DNA of 64,000 bases from an uncultured delta proteobacterium (GCA_963727625.1 CAVSHR010000004.1:480001-544000), one strand, 5' to 3'; positions 8,121 to 16,780 are shown, counted from the first letter of the stretch. Notes: a model not told the origin generated them from the sequence alone. Made by a program: numbers and translations.

Positions 8121-9551
8121 TCAATCAATGCCCGCCAGTTCCTTGGCCAGACGAACGAACGGGCTCAGATCATAGGCGCTTACGAGCCGCTGTTTGTTGG
8201 TGGCCAGGCTGGCGACGTTGTACATCTCAAACAGGAGCTGGCGCGAGCCGAACGAATCGCAGGCGTATTCCCACGCAAGTTTCAACATGCGAAACATTTC
8301 CTGCGTGCGCTCGTTCTCCCCGACAAAATAACGCCGGATTTGCTGACCGATCTCGGGGTTGTTCATGTCGGCCTGGCTCGGAGACATCAGGATGCCGGAG
8401 CCGCACAGCTCTCGTATCATCTGCAACATCTTGGGGTAGCCCTCGATCGAAAAGATGCGCGCAGCTTGCCCCGGCGTCCAATCGGGCAGGGTCAAGCCCG
8501 ATTGCGAGCGCACCGGGTTCATTTCGGCGGCATGGATGAATGCTCTCATCGTCTCCATGTAAACGATCGCGTCGGCCAGGGCTATTTGCACATGCGGTTG
8601 TTTCGAAGTGCCGAGATATTCGGCCATCGCGGCGCAGATCCCGAGCAGTACTTCTGCTTTGACCGCCAGCCGAACCAAAACATACCAGGGCCCAATGCCC
8701 ATCGCTCCCTGGAAGAGTCGCGCATAGAGACTCGGATCTGCGGGATGAGTTTGACGCAGATAGAACACGCGATCCCAGGGAATAAACACGTCGTCGAACA
8801 GCACCATCGCGTCCATCTCGTCCCAGTGCGGATTTAGCGGATGATCCTCGGGGTTTGGCGACGTCAGCGACTCCCGGCAGATGAGCTGGATGCCTTGGGT
8901 GTTTACCGGGACCGCGAAATACACCACCTCATCGGGCTGGAGGTTGGGTCTTGGCTGGGTCAGGCAAAGGATTTCATTGGCGTAGGGCGCCTGCGTTCCC
9001 ACTCCTTTGGCCCCTCGAACCACGATCCCGTCGGGCCGCCTCTCCACCACCCTCAAGTATTCCTGCTTGGCTTCCGGATGGCTTCGGTGATGAAACGGAT
9101 CGTTGAAAATAGTCGCGATGCTCAAATCGTTTTCGCGGCAATGCTCGAAGTAGCGCGTCACGTTCTCCGCGAAGCTCGGATTTTCTTCGCCGAAGACGTC
9201 GCGGCTGTCGTGCAACCCCAAAACCACCGTAGCCAGATGCTGCGGCAGACGTGCCGCCACCCCTCCGGCGCGGCGCACCAGGAACTCGTACATCTTGCGC
9301 TGCCGGATCAGATCTTCGATCGAATGGGGCAAAAGATAAGCGAGGCTTACCCGCTCGCCCGTCGCCGGTGAAATCATTGTCAGCAGCTCCTGATAGGCGG
9401 GATCATGCTGCAAGTCATAAACCGCGGCCACGCTGCGGGCGCAGCCCGCCAAACGGGGATGTTCGGTGACGTCCACCGATTCGCCCTGCAACCACACACG
9501 GCGCCCATCCCTCAGGCTATCGAGATATTGTTCTCCGCGACGTATCGGCAT
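8121..9551 (-). CDS. 4-hydroxyphenylacetate 3-hydroxylase family oxygenase (HpaB-like)
   Basis: YLDSLRDGRRVWLQGE, DGIVVRGAK, GIQLICRES, DEMDAMVLFDDVFIPWDRVF and FGSRQLLFE motifs. Confidence 0.9.
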   Translation of the reverse strand: MPIRRGEQYLDSLRDGRRVWLQGESVDVTEHPRLAGCARSVAAVYDLQHDPAYQELLTMISPATGERVSLAYLLPHSIEDLIRQRKMYEFLVRRAGGVAARLPQHLATVVLGLHDSRDVFGEENPSFAENVTRYFEHCRENDLSIATIFNDPFHHRSHPEAKQEYLRVVERRPDGIVVRGAKGVGTQAPYANEILCLTQPRPNLQPDEVVYFAVPVNTQGIQLICRESLTSPNPEDHPLNPHWDEMDAMVLFDDVFIPWDRVFYLRQTHPADPSLYARLFQGAMGIGPWYVLVRLAVKAEVLLGICAAMAEYLGTSKQPHVQIALADAIVYMETMRAFIHAAEMNPVRSQSGLTLPDWTPGQAARIFSIEGYPKMLQMIRELCGSGILMSPSQADMNNPEIGQQIRRYFVGENERTQEMFRMLKLAWEYACDSFGSRQLLFEMYNVASLATNKQRLVSAYDLSPFVRLAKELAGID

Positions 9552-9763
9552 TTACCCAGCTCTCAATAGAATTTTTGAGGTAATCAAACTCAACTCGACC
9601 GCCTTCGAGGCGAACCGTTCAGACTCGATCGAAACTATCCGATAACTTGACTCGAAACAATGTCAATTTGCGGGGAACGGAGTTGAGTTCGAAATGGCGC
9701 CCCTTGCACCAATGCGATGCCGGACTGGCGACTTGATGCCAGGCTAAAATAGGATACCAAGGA

Positions 9764-9823
9764 ACTTAACGCTCTGGTTCAGCGGCGGCGCGGAGTGCTA
9801 TCCGCTTCAACCGTTTGTTCGGC
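9764..9823 (-). mobile_element. Integron attC site (59-base element)
   Basis: Coding strand reads GCCGAAC-AAACG-GTTGAAGC-GGATAGCACTCCGCGCCGCC-GCTGAAC-CAGAGC-GTTAAGT. This gives R'', a 5-nt spacer, an 8-nt L'' with an extra base, a 7-nt L', a 6-nt spacer and R' = GTTRRRY. It is 60 bp long and 30 nt after the RT stop. Confidence 0.85.
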
Positions 9824-9853
9824 GGTTTTCCACTGACGTATCCTCGTCCTCGG

Positions 9854-11350
9854 TTAGTACATTGCTGCATTCTGCTTGAACAATTCCACTTCTTCTGGCT
9901 GAACCACTTCTGTCGCGTCCCCTGCATCAGCAATGACAATCTTGCGGCCATCTAAGGCTTTCTTGAGTGCCTCGCTTGCGATCCAGCTAGACTCCCAAAG
10001 CTGAGATGATGCCCCATTCACGACCTGACAAATAGGTTCGTTACTCTCGAACATGATGCCAACGGACTTAGGTTGCGTGACACGCTGGAGCCAAATTTCA
10101 AGGTAACCGTTGTACGGGACTCGCGCCATCTTTTCGCGTACTCTTGTCCACAAGCGCACCTTCTCTTCATTTGGCGCAAGTGAGATAAGATGGCTCAGAA
10201 TGCCGGCCACAGCCGGAAACGTCGAGGGTGAAACAAACGCAATATCTGTCGCAATCGCGACCTGTACGTCAAGGTCGTCGGGAGCTTCAGTCTGTTTTGA
10301 AATATTGGTGTGAAACTCACCAACCAACCTTCGCAAAGCTCCGCTATTTGGAAACCTCTGACCGAATAAATGCAGCCTTAAGAGCTGCTTTTGAATTGTC
10401 TTCGCGTTAGTTGTTCCGAGGTCTTGTAGCTCAATGCCGGCTAATTTATCTGGTTTGATCGATCCTTCCACTACGTTTCTGGAGGAAAATGTTTTTGATA
10501 CTCCGAGCCTCATCCCTACCGCTCGTAGCTTATCGCTGACTATCTTCAGGACCGCTTCGGCACGTTCGTCGCTATTTGCAAAAATTCTATAGTCGTCCCT
10601 ATATCGCAGTATCCGGATGTCAGTATTTCCCGCGAGAGCTAGGTTAATCTGCTCATCCACGTATCCAAGGACAATTTCCGCGATGAAGTCCATGAGGACC
10701 GATCCTTGCGCAATACCGTTGGTCTGGCCGAAACGACTAGCTTGGATATGGGAATCGATCTTGTTGCCGAGCAGAGCTTTATTCGTCTTTTCTTCCTTTG
10801 CTTTCGATAAGCCGTGCAACGCCCAAGCAATACTATGGGTGTACAGAGAGCCATAACAGTCGGTCACATCGGTATGGAAAACATGACTGAACTCCAGTGA
10901 ATAAGTCAGCGACCTTTGCTCAACGCTCTGCCACCAGCTTTTGATCTGAGTCGCAACATCCGTCTGGTGATCGACCGACATCACGGGCGCGCTGCAACAA
11001 TCAACTACACCGCCCGCAAATTCTTTGAGCCGCGCTCTTATGCTTTCCCAGTTCGCCTCCTCACAAATCACATTTACTAACGAGACGTAAATGGCCGGAT
11101 GTATCAACTCATAAGGCCGCCAGGCAAATTTTCCGTCCTTGTTTGCAATAAAGTTGTAGTTTACGTTCTGAAGTTCGTTGGGATTTGCGTTCTTAAACTC
11201 GGCATAGTTCCTGCCATTAAGAGCGGTTGAGACGTTATTCAGTATTGGTTCAAAACTGATGTAATTGGGCAGATCCCCGTTGAAGTAGCTGCTGCCCTTC
11301 AGAAAATGGCCTCTTGCCTCTTCGTTGGAAAGGTCAATCAATCGCTTCAT
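9854..11350 (-). CDS. Abi-P2-like abortive-infection reverse transcriptase (protein-primed DNA polymerase family)
   Basis: RT motifs TDVTDCYGSLYTHSIAW, QTNGIAQGSVLMDFIAE and catalytic RYRDDYRIF. The N-terminal LSNEEA..FL...SY...LP.YI.F, KDGKFAWR and WWQSVEQRSL segments resemble the recalled Abi-P2 sequence. It has a helical C-terminus and is visibly more AT-rich than the flanks. Confidence 0.85.
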   Translation of the reverse strand: MKRLIDLSNEEARGHFLKGSSYFNGDLPNYISFEPILNNVSTALNGRNYAEFKNANPNELQNVNYNFIANKDGKFAWRPYELIHPAIYVSLVNVICEEANWESIRARLKEFAGGVVDCCSAPVMSVDHQTDVATQIKSWWQSVEQRSLTYSLEFSHVFHTDVTDCYGSLYTHSIAWALHGLSKAKEEKTNKALLGNKIDSHIQASRFGQTNGIAQGSVLMDFIAEIVLGYVDEQINLALAGNTDIRILRYRDDYRIFANSDERAEAVLKIVSDKLRAVGMRLGVSKTFSSRNVVEGSIKPDKLAGIELQDLGTTNAKTIQKQLLRLHLFGQRFPNSGALRRLVGEFHTNISKQTEAPDDLDVQVAIATDIAFVSPSTFPAVAGILSHLISLAPNEEKVRLWTRVREKMARVPYNGYLEIWLQRVTQPKSVGIMFESNEPICQVVNGASSQLWESSWIASEALKKALDGRKIVIADAGDATEVVQPEEVELFKQNAAMY

Positions 11351-11516
11351 TTGGCCACAGACCTTTTCATGACGTCGACCTATCTAGTGAACTGCCGATT
11401 CGGTCCGCGGGTTATTATGGAAGCCATCCTCTGCGTCGAAGTCAGGAATCAGTTACAGGAATCAGCCTCAGATTTTTACGAATCGATTATCTAGTGATGT
11501 CTTCGGCGCCAATCTG

Positions 11517-11912
11517 TCACTTCCGAAAATCTTCTGCCCTCAACTCGATCGGCTTTCCATGCGGCGTTCGGTGCATGGCGCGCTCCCAGGCTCGGAAGTG
11601 TTCCGTGAGTGCCTGCTTTGAGGTCGCGCCTTTTTCCGCGACCATGCGTTCGAGCGTTGCGAGCCAGTGGTGGTAGTAGGTTTCGCCGGTGTCGGGATCG
11701 CCGGCGGCTTGGGCTTTTTTGATTTCTTCGCCAAGCATAGCGGACCACTCGGTCCAGGCGAACAATCCTTTTTCGTAGAGCGCCAGCCCCATTGCGAAGG
11801 CGTGAGCTTCCCAGGGCGCGCGAAAGACGGGACCGTTCTCGTCGCGCGGAATGCCCGGAACCGCGTCTGCCGCTTTGCGGGCGGCTTCGGGTTCAATCAA
11901 CTTTTCAGACAT
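11517..11912 (-). CDS. Nitrile hydratase accessory protein (P14K/NhhG-like)
   Basis: GPVFRAPWEAHAFAM, YYHHWLATLE and RTPHGKPIEL motifs; downstream of nthAB. Confidence 0.9.
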   Translation of the reverse strand: MSEKLIEPEAARKAADAVPGIPRDENGPVFRAPWEAHAFAMGLALYEKGLFAWTEWSAMLGEEIKKAQAAGDPDTGETYYHHWLATLERMVAEKGATSKQALTEHFRAWERAMHRTPHGKPIELRAEDFRK

Positions 11913-11959
11913 GTTTTAGACCAGATCCAAACGACGCGAAGTAAAACCTTTCGTGAACA

Positions 11960-12199
11960 TCACGCAACGTTCTGCATTTTCGTTACGAAATCCCGTCCGG
12001 ACGTAGGAGGAGGCAATACCCTTCCCTCTTTCTTGTAAATCGCAATCGCCTCTTCGACGATCTCGCAGAGTTCGTTAAATACTTCTTTTTCATCGTCGCC
12101 GTGGTAGCCGCCTAAGATCAAGCCGGGCGCACTGCCGACGTAGCATTGATCTTGGACCGACCATTCGACGATTTTTGCATACTTTGCGCTGTGCTTCAT
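11960..12199 (-). CDS. HicB-like antitoxin domain protein (orphan)
   Basis: KYAKIVEWS..DQCYVG.APGL...G.HGDD...V..EL..IVEE...GRVLPPP is the HicB N-terminal fold pattern. Confidence 0.75.
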   Translation of the reverse strand: MKHSAKYAKIVEWSVQDQCYVGSAPGLILGGYHGDDEKEVFNELCEIVEEAIAIYKKEGRVLPPPTSGRDFVTKMQNVA

Positions 12200-12208
12200 T
12201 TCTTTGAC

Positions 12209-12869
12209 TCAGGCATGTTCCAGATAAGGCTCAAACGCTTCAATGGAAACCTTCAATGTCGGCATCAGCGTCCGCGCCCCAAAGTTCCTGGGCATCGAAG
12301 CGCACGGTGTAAAGCCACTGGGGATCGTCGCCTTTGCCGGCCGCCACCGAGTCGGGAAAAGCGTGGGTGCCGTGCAGACGCTCGACAACGCCCACGTGGC
12401 CGCGTGCATAGCGCGGCAGGCGCGTGTGCGTCTTCGGGTGGATGTTCTTCGTGCGCACGCGATCATCGATTTTGAACTTGGCGGGTCCTTGGGCCGGCCG
12501 GTAAAACGAGCCCCGTTTGGTAACCTTTTCAATATCGGCCAATGCAAACGGGCCGCGGGCCAAATTCTTCGCCGGACGCAGCGCGTGCCCGGCTGCGACC
12601 TCGTCGGCGTCGATGAGACCGTGCTCGATGAGCAAGTTTTGATTGCGCAGGAACCACTTCTCGTAATATGAGCGCGTCAAATAGATCGACGGCGCTAACT
12701 TCTCGATGGTGTAGCGGCTGGTGTCGATGGTCCAGGCGCGGAAGACGCCGATGGCGCGGCTCATCGCCAGCACGCGCCCCTCCCAGCGATCATGAAAAAC
12801 CGGCTCGTTGGGCTTGGGCTCGACCTTGCCGAACCCGTCCATACCGCCCATATCGTGAACGCCGTCCAT
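12209..12869 (-). CDS. nthB: Nitrile hydratase beta subunit, frameshifted near the 3' end
   Basis: MDGVHDMGGMDGFG, YYEKW and HTRLPRYARG motifs. The ORF stops at 12240, while the conserved tail PTLKVSIEAFEPYLEHA is in another frame ending at 12209 (extra base near 12263). Confidence 0.9.
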
Positions 12870-13495
12870 CAGGCCACCTCGCTCGGTTTTTTCGCCAGGC
12901 CGGTGCCGACCATGGAGTCGCGCGTGACCAGCTTGGCGAGCTGCGTTTCACTCCAGCCTTCGGTTCCGGCCGGACGCATCGGCACGACCAGGTAGCGGGT
13001 CTCGGCCGTCGAATCCCAAACCCGAATTTCGGTCTCGGCCGGCAGCGTGACGCCGAAATCGGCCAATACCGAGCGCGGCTCCTTGACGACGCGCGACCGG
13101 TAAGCAAACGACTTGTACCAGGTCGGCGGCAGGCCGAGCACATCGGTTGGATAGCAGGAGCACAGAGTACACACGATCATGTTGTGCACCTGCGCCGTGT
13201 TCTCGACGGCGATCAGATGCTCGCCCACGTTGCCCACCTGGGGCGCGAGGCCGGCCACCGCCTTGCTCGCATCCTCGAGCAGCGCCGTGCGAAATCCAGA
13301 ATCGCTCCACGCCTTCGCCACCACCTGGGCGCCGATATGCGGGCCGATCTTGGTCTCGTAGAGCTCGACGATGCGGTCGAGCGCCGCCGTTTCGATATAA
13401 CCCTTCTCGACCAAAATGGTTTCGAGCGCGCGCACCCGCAAATCCATCTCGGTCAGATGGGAACCCTCATCATGATCGTGTTCGTGTGTCGCCAT
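12869..13495 (-). CDS. nthA: Cobalt-type nitrile hydratase alpha subunit
   Basis: VCTLCSCY metal motif (Thr/Tyr, Co type), LGLPPTWYKS..YRSR and VWDSTAETRYLVVPMRP; start reassigned to MATHEHDHD. Confidence 0.95.
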   Translation of the reverse strand: MATHEHDHDEGSHLTEMDLRVRALETILVEKGYIETAALDRIVELYETKIGPHIGAQVVAKAWSDSGFRTALLEDASKAVAGLAPQVGNVGEHLIAVENTAQVHNMIVCTLCSCYPTDVLGLPPTWYKSFAYRSRVVKEPRSVLADFGVTLPAETEIRVWDSTAETRYLVVPMRPAGTEGWSETQLAKLVTRDSMVGTGLAKKPSEVA

Positions 13496-13501
13496 AAGCG
13501 A

Positions 13502-13531
13502 AATATAGCCAAGGAAGCAGGCGGCATGCAA
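13502..13531 (-). promoter_or_regulatory. Putative sigma70 promoter for a leaderless nthA transcript
   Basis: TTGCAT-18 nt-TATATT, then 6 nt to the ATG; no Shine-Dalgarno sequence. Confidence 0.45.
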
Positions 13532-13778
13532 TCGGAACCCGAGGGCAACATCAATGGTGATTGGATGCGCCTGCCTCGATAGCCAGTCGATTGACCGTGC
13601 AAGCTTGGCTAGCCCGTCGCGTTGATGAAAACTACCACCACTGGCGCCGTGAATCGAATTATTTCCCAACCAAACTTCTATGCCCGAAGCGGCGGGATGT
13701 CTCTGGGAATTGGCCGGGGTCATGCACCCGGCTTTCCCAATGCGGCGGTTCGTCTTGTTGGGTGCCAGGCGGTACGGT

Positions 13779-14165
13779 TTATTTTCCGACCGGCAACCAT
13801 CGGGCGGCTGCATCCGCACTATCCTCGGGCCGTGTATTGAACGCAATTGCCGCGCCCGGCGCAGCCTTGTGGACGGCATTGATGACCGCTTCGAATAATG
13901 CCAGGCGCCGGGGCGGCAGGCGGACGCCGGCTCCGATTACAACGCAATCATAAGTCTTCGCTGCTAATTGATGCTCCACTGTCGGTCCAGCGGTTTCATC
14001 GGGCCGGATGTAACCCACGTCCGCCTCCCATCCCCGTTCAGCGAATTGCTTCAGCGCAACCGCAATGCCGGCGCGAACCTTTTCCGCGGTCATTCCCGGC
14101 GGCAAAGCAGGGTCGGAAAAATCCACGGTCGCTGGATCGTAACCAACGAGCAAAATCCGCGTCAT
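13779..14165 (-). CDS. Conserved hypothetical protein (small alpha/beta fold)
   Basis: 128 aa ORF with a GGAGGA RBS and plausible codon usage; YDCVVIGAGVR and AFNTRPEDS motifs. Confidence 0.75.
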   Translation of the reverse strand: MTRILLVGYDPATVDFSDPALPPGMTAEKVRAGIAVALKQFAERGWEADVGYIRPDETAGPTVEHQLAAKTYDCVVIGAGVRLPPRRLALFEAVINAVHKAAPGAAIAFNTRPEDSADAAARWLPVGK

Positions 14166-14289
14166 GAGTCCTCCCTAAGTCTGAGTCGCGTCATTTAAGC
14201 ACACTCTCCACGACCGCAGGGGTGGTCGATTCGAGCCGCACGAAACCCGGTCTGCGAAAACCTAATCCACCGACCGGGACGCGCGCGAT

Positions 14290-15033
14290 TCAGTGGAATA
14301 TGCTCCCCCCATCCACGACTATCGCCTGCCCTGTCATGAAGTCGCTGTCGGATGAGCAAAGAAACACCAGCGTGCCCATCAAATCGTCCGGAGTTTGCAG
14401 CCGTTTGATCGAGCGGGCTTTGAGCTGCAATTCGGTCAGCTCTTTGGGCGCGGTTTGACCTTCGTGCTCGACCAGGCCCGGCGCGATGGCGTTGACGCAG
14501 ATGCCGTACTCGCCGACTTCGCGAGCAAGCGAGCGGGTCATGCCGATCAGCGCCGCTTTGGAGGCGACGTAGTGGAGAAAGTTGGGCGTGCCCCAGTAGG
14601 CGGTGGACGACGAGATGTTGATGATCTTGCCGCTCTTCTGCTCTCTCATCTGCGGAAAGACCGCTTTGGCGCAGAGAAACGGTCCCTTGATGTTGACCGC
14701 GGAGACTTTGTCCCATTCCTCGGCAGTGATCTCGTAGAACGGATGGCGCTGAATGGCGATGAAGATCGCCGCGTTGTTGACGAGAATATCGATGCAGCCG
14801 AAGGCTTTCACCGCTTCCACCGCCATGCGATTGGTGTCTTCTTCCTTCGACACGTCGACTTTGAGCGCGAGAGCCTTTCCGCCCTTGGCGCGAATCTCCT
14901 CGGCGGTCACTTCTCCGTCGAGAATATCCGCAACCACCACAGCCGCGCCCTCTTCGGCCAGTTTACGGCAGTAAGCCGCGCCGATATGGCGCGCCCCGCC
15001 CGTCACGATGGCGACTTTCCCCGCCAGCCTCAT
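14290..15033 (-). CDS. Short-chain dehydrogenase/reductase (FabG-like)
   Basis: TGGARHIG, LVNNAA, SS, YVASK and VNAIAPG motifs; GGAGG RBS. Confidence 0.92.
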   Translation of the reverse strand: MRLAGKVAIVTGGARHIGAAYCRKLAEEGAAVVVADILDGEVTAEEIRAKGGKALALKVDVSKEEDTNRMAVEAVKAFGCIDILVNNAAIFIAIQRHPFYEITAEEWDKVSAVNIKGPFLCAKAVFPQMREQKSGKIINISSSTAYWGTPNFLHYVASKAALIGMTRSLAREVGEYGICVNAIAPGLVEHEGQTAPKELTELQLKARSIKRLQTPDDLMGTLVFLCSSDSDFMTGQAIVVDGGSIFH

Positions 15034-15044
15034 AACCACCTCCG

Positions 15045-15129
15045 GGAGTGATGGAGTAATGGAGTAGTGGAGTGATGGGTCCGGATCCGAAACCCAATGC
15101 TCCAGTACTCCAACACTCCCATACTCCAA
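15045..15129. repeat. Inverted array of 8-nt units (GGAGTRRT versus its complement)
   Basis: ggagtgatggagtaatggagtagtggagtgatggg ... cccaatgctccagtactccaacactcccatactccaa. Confidence 0.8.
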
Positions 15130-15133
15130 CTCT

Positions 15134-16756
15134 TCATCGCAGCCCCTTGAGATGTTCTCTGAAGTCTACCGGCTTCCACCACGGCTTCATACCCAGCGAC
15201 TCGGCGATCACCTTTGCCGCGTTGTAGCCCGGCGCGCCGGTGATATTGCCGCCGGGATGGCAGGACGATCCGCACATAAATAAGCCGTCGATCGGTGTCT
15301 TGTACTGTCCCCAACCGGGAAACGGCCGGTTCTCCAACGCCTGATCGCCGGAATACTCGCCAATCATCCAGTCGCCGCAATACATGTTTTTGTCGTGCCG
15401 CTCGATGTCGAGCGGCGTCGTCGAATCACTCGAAAGTATATTGCTCTCGTCGAGATTGGGTGCAAACTTCTGCCAGACTGCGAGCTGCTTGGAAAACCAA
15501 TCGTGGCGCGCCTTGTCCCAGTTGAGCGGATTGCCCCAGAGATTGTAGGTCATGAGCTGCCACATGAACGCCGTCGCCTTGCCCGGCGGCGCTTGTGTCG
15601 GGTCGTGAAACGACGGCGTGGCGCCGTTCATGAACGGCTTGCGCGGCAGCTGGCCGATGCGGCAATCCTCGAACAAATTCACCAGATCCTGATACTCGTC
15701 GAGCCCGACGATATGCATGAACGCGCCCGCCACCTCGGGATGTTTTTCTTCGGTGATATATTTGGGCCGCTCGTTCAGAGCTAAATTCACGGCAAAGATT
15801 GGCGTGGTCTTGGAGAAGCGAAAGTTCGCCGCTAAGTCGGCGAACTTGGGTTCGAGATTCTCCTGGCCGACGAGCTTGATGAACGTCTCAACGGGATTGA
15901 CATTGGAGGCGATGAACTTCCGCGCCTTGATCACCGTGCCGTCTTCGAGCACCACCGCTGTCGCCTGGCCTTTCTCTACGAGGATCCGTTCGACACCGTT
16001 GGCCTCGATGTAATCGACGCCGTTGTGCGACAACATATGCGCCAGATTGTCGCCGAGCGCGTGAGACGTGCCGCGGCAAAGCTGCGGATTAACGCCCCAG
16101 GCGATCATGGCCGGGATTAGATAGCCGGTCTGCGGCGCGTCGAGCTCGTAGCCGCGCATGACGCCGAGAAAGCCGATGAAGGCGCGCACACGCGGATCTT
16201 CGAAATGTTTCAGCACGAACTCTTCCGGCGTGGTGTCGAAGTATTTGAGATACTCCCGCCCCTCGACGGTTTTCTCGAGCAGCGGTTTCTTCTCCTCAAA
16301 CGGCACCGGCACGGCATAGGTCTCCGTAAAGACGATCTTCTGCACCACCGGCTGCCAGCGCGTCCAGAGGTCGATGAACGACGCGGCGTCTTTCTTCGAA
16401 AAGCGCTCAATGGTCTCGACGGTCTTCTTGACGTCGGCGAACCAGCCGAGATAGCTCTTGTCGAGAAAATGCTGCACCACACCCGGATCGGGACGGTAGT
16501 AGTGAATGCCGAAGTTCTCGAGTTCGAGATCCTTGAACCACGGCAGCGTCATCAAGCCGCGGTGGAACACCGAATGAATGTTGTGCCAGAAGCCGGGGTA
16601 GTTGCGGTCCTCGTGCGAATCCAATCCGCCGCCCACCTCCATGTTCTTCTCCACGACCATGATCTTCTGCCCGCACTTGGCCAGATAAGCCGCGCAGATC
16701 ATGCCGTTATGCCCCGCCCCGATCACGACGCCATCGTATTCCAGAATTTTGGCCAC
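15134..16756 (-). CDS. Phytoene-dehydrogenase-like FAD-dependent oxidoreductase
   Basis: VIGAGHNG, EK..EVGGG, DPTQAPPGK and TPIDGLFMCGSSCHPGGNITGAPGYNAA motifs; GTG start assumed. Confidence 0.88.
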   Translation of the reverse strand: MAKILEYDGVVIGAGHNGMICAAYLAKCGQKIMVVEKNMEVGGGLDSHEDRNYPGFWHNIHSVFHRGLMTLPWFKDLELENFGIHYYRPDPGVVQHFLDKSYLGWFADVKKTVETIERFSKKDAASFIDLWTRWQPVVQKIVFTETYAVPVPFEEKKPLLEKTVEGREYLKYFDTTPEEFVLKHFEDPRVRAFIGFLGVMRGYELDAPQTGYLIPAMIAWGVNPQLCRGTSHALGDNLAHMLSHNGVDYIEANGVERILVEKGQATAVVLEDGTVIKARKFIASNVNPVETFIKLVGQENLEPKFADLAANFRFSKTTPIFAVNLALNERPKYITEEKHPEVAGAFMHIVGLDEYQDLVNLFEDCRIGQLPRKPFMNGATPSFHDPTQAPPGKATAFMWQLMTYNLWGNPLNWDKARHDWFSKQLAVWQKFAPNLDESNILSSDSTTPLDIERHDKNMYCGDWMIGEYSGDQALENRPFPGWGQYKTPIDGLFMCGSSCHPGGNITGAPGYNAAKVIAESLGMKPWWKPVDFREHLKGLR

Positions 16757-16780
16757 CGTTTTTCTTGCCTCTGATCGTCC

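Noticed and set aside
9676-9712. tRNA 3'-end remnant (GTTCGAA...ACCA) or sigma54 promoter (TGGCGC...TTGCA)
   Set aside because: The T-stem does not pair, and the GG-GC spacing is 8 nt rather than 10.
9766-9951. 61-aa ORF ending PPNKRLKRIALRAAAEPER
   Set aside because: It overlaps the RT 3' end and is simply a translation of the attC site.
9854-11516. Retron or group II intron interpretation of the RT
   Set aside because: There is no VTG or NAxxH retron motif, no long a1/a2 inverted repeats, and no intron domain V/VI or maturase/endonuclease domain. The catalytic motif is YRDD.
13496-13879. 128-aa N-terminal extension of NthA, or a cobalt riboswitch upstream
   Set aside because: The extension overlaps another gene and is low-information, and I could not identify a NiCo or cobalamin riboswitch consensus by eye.
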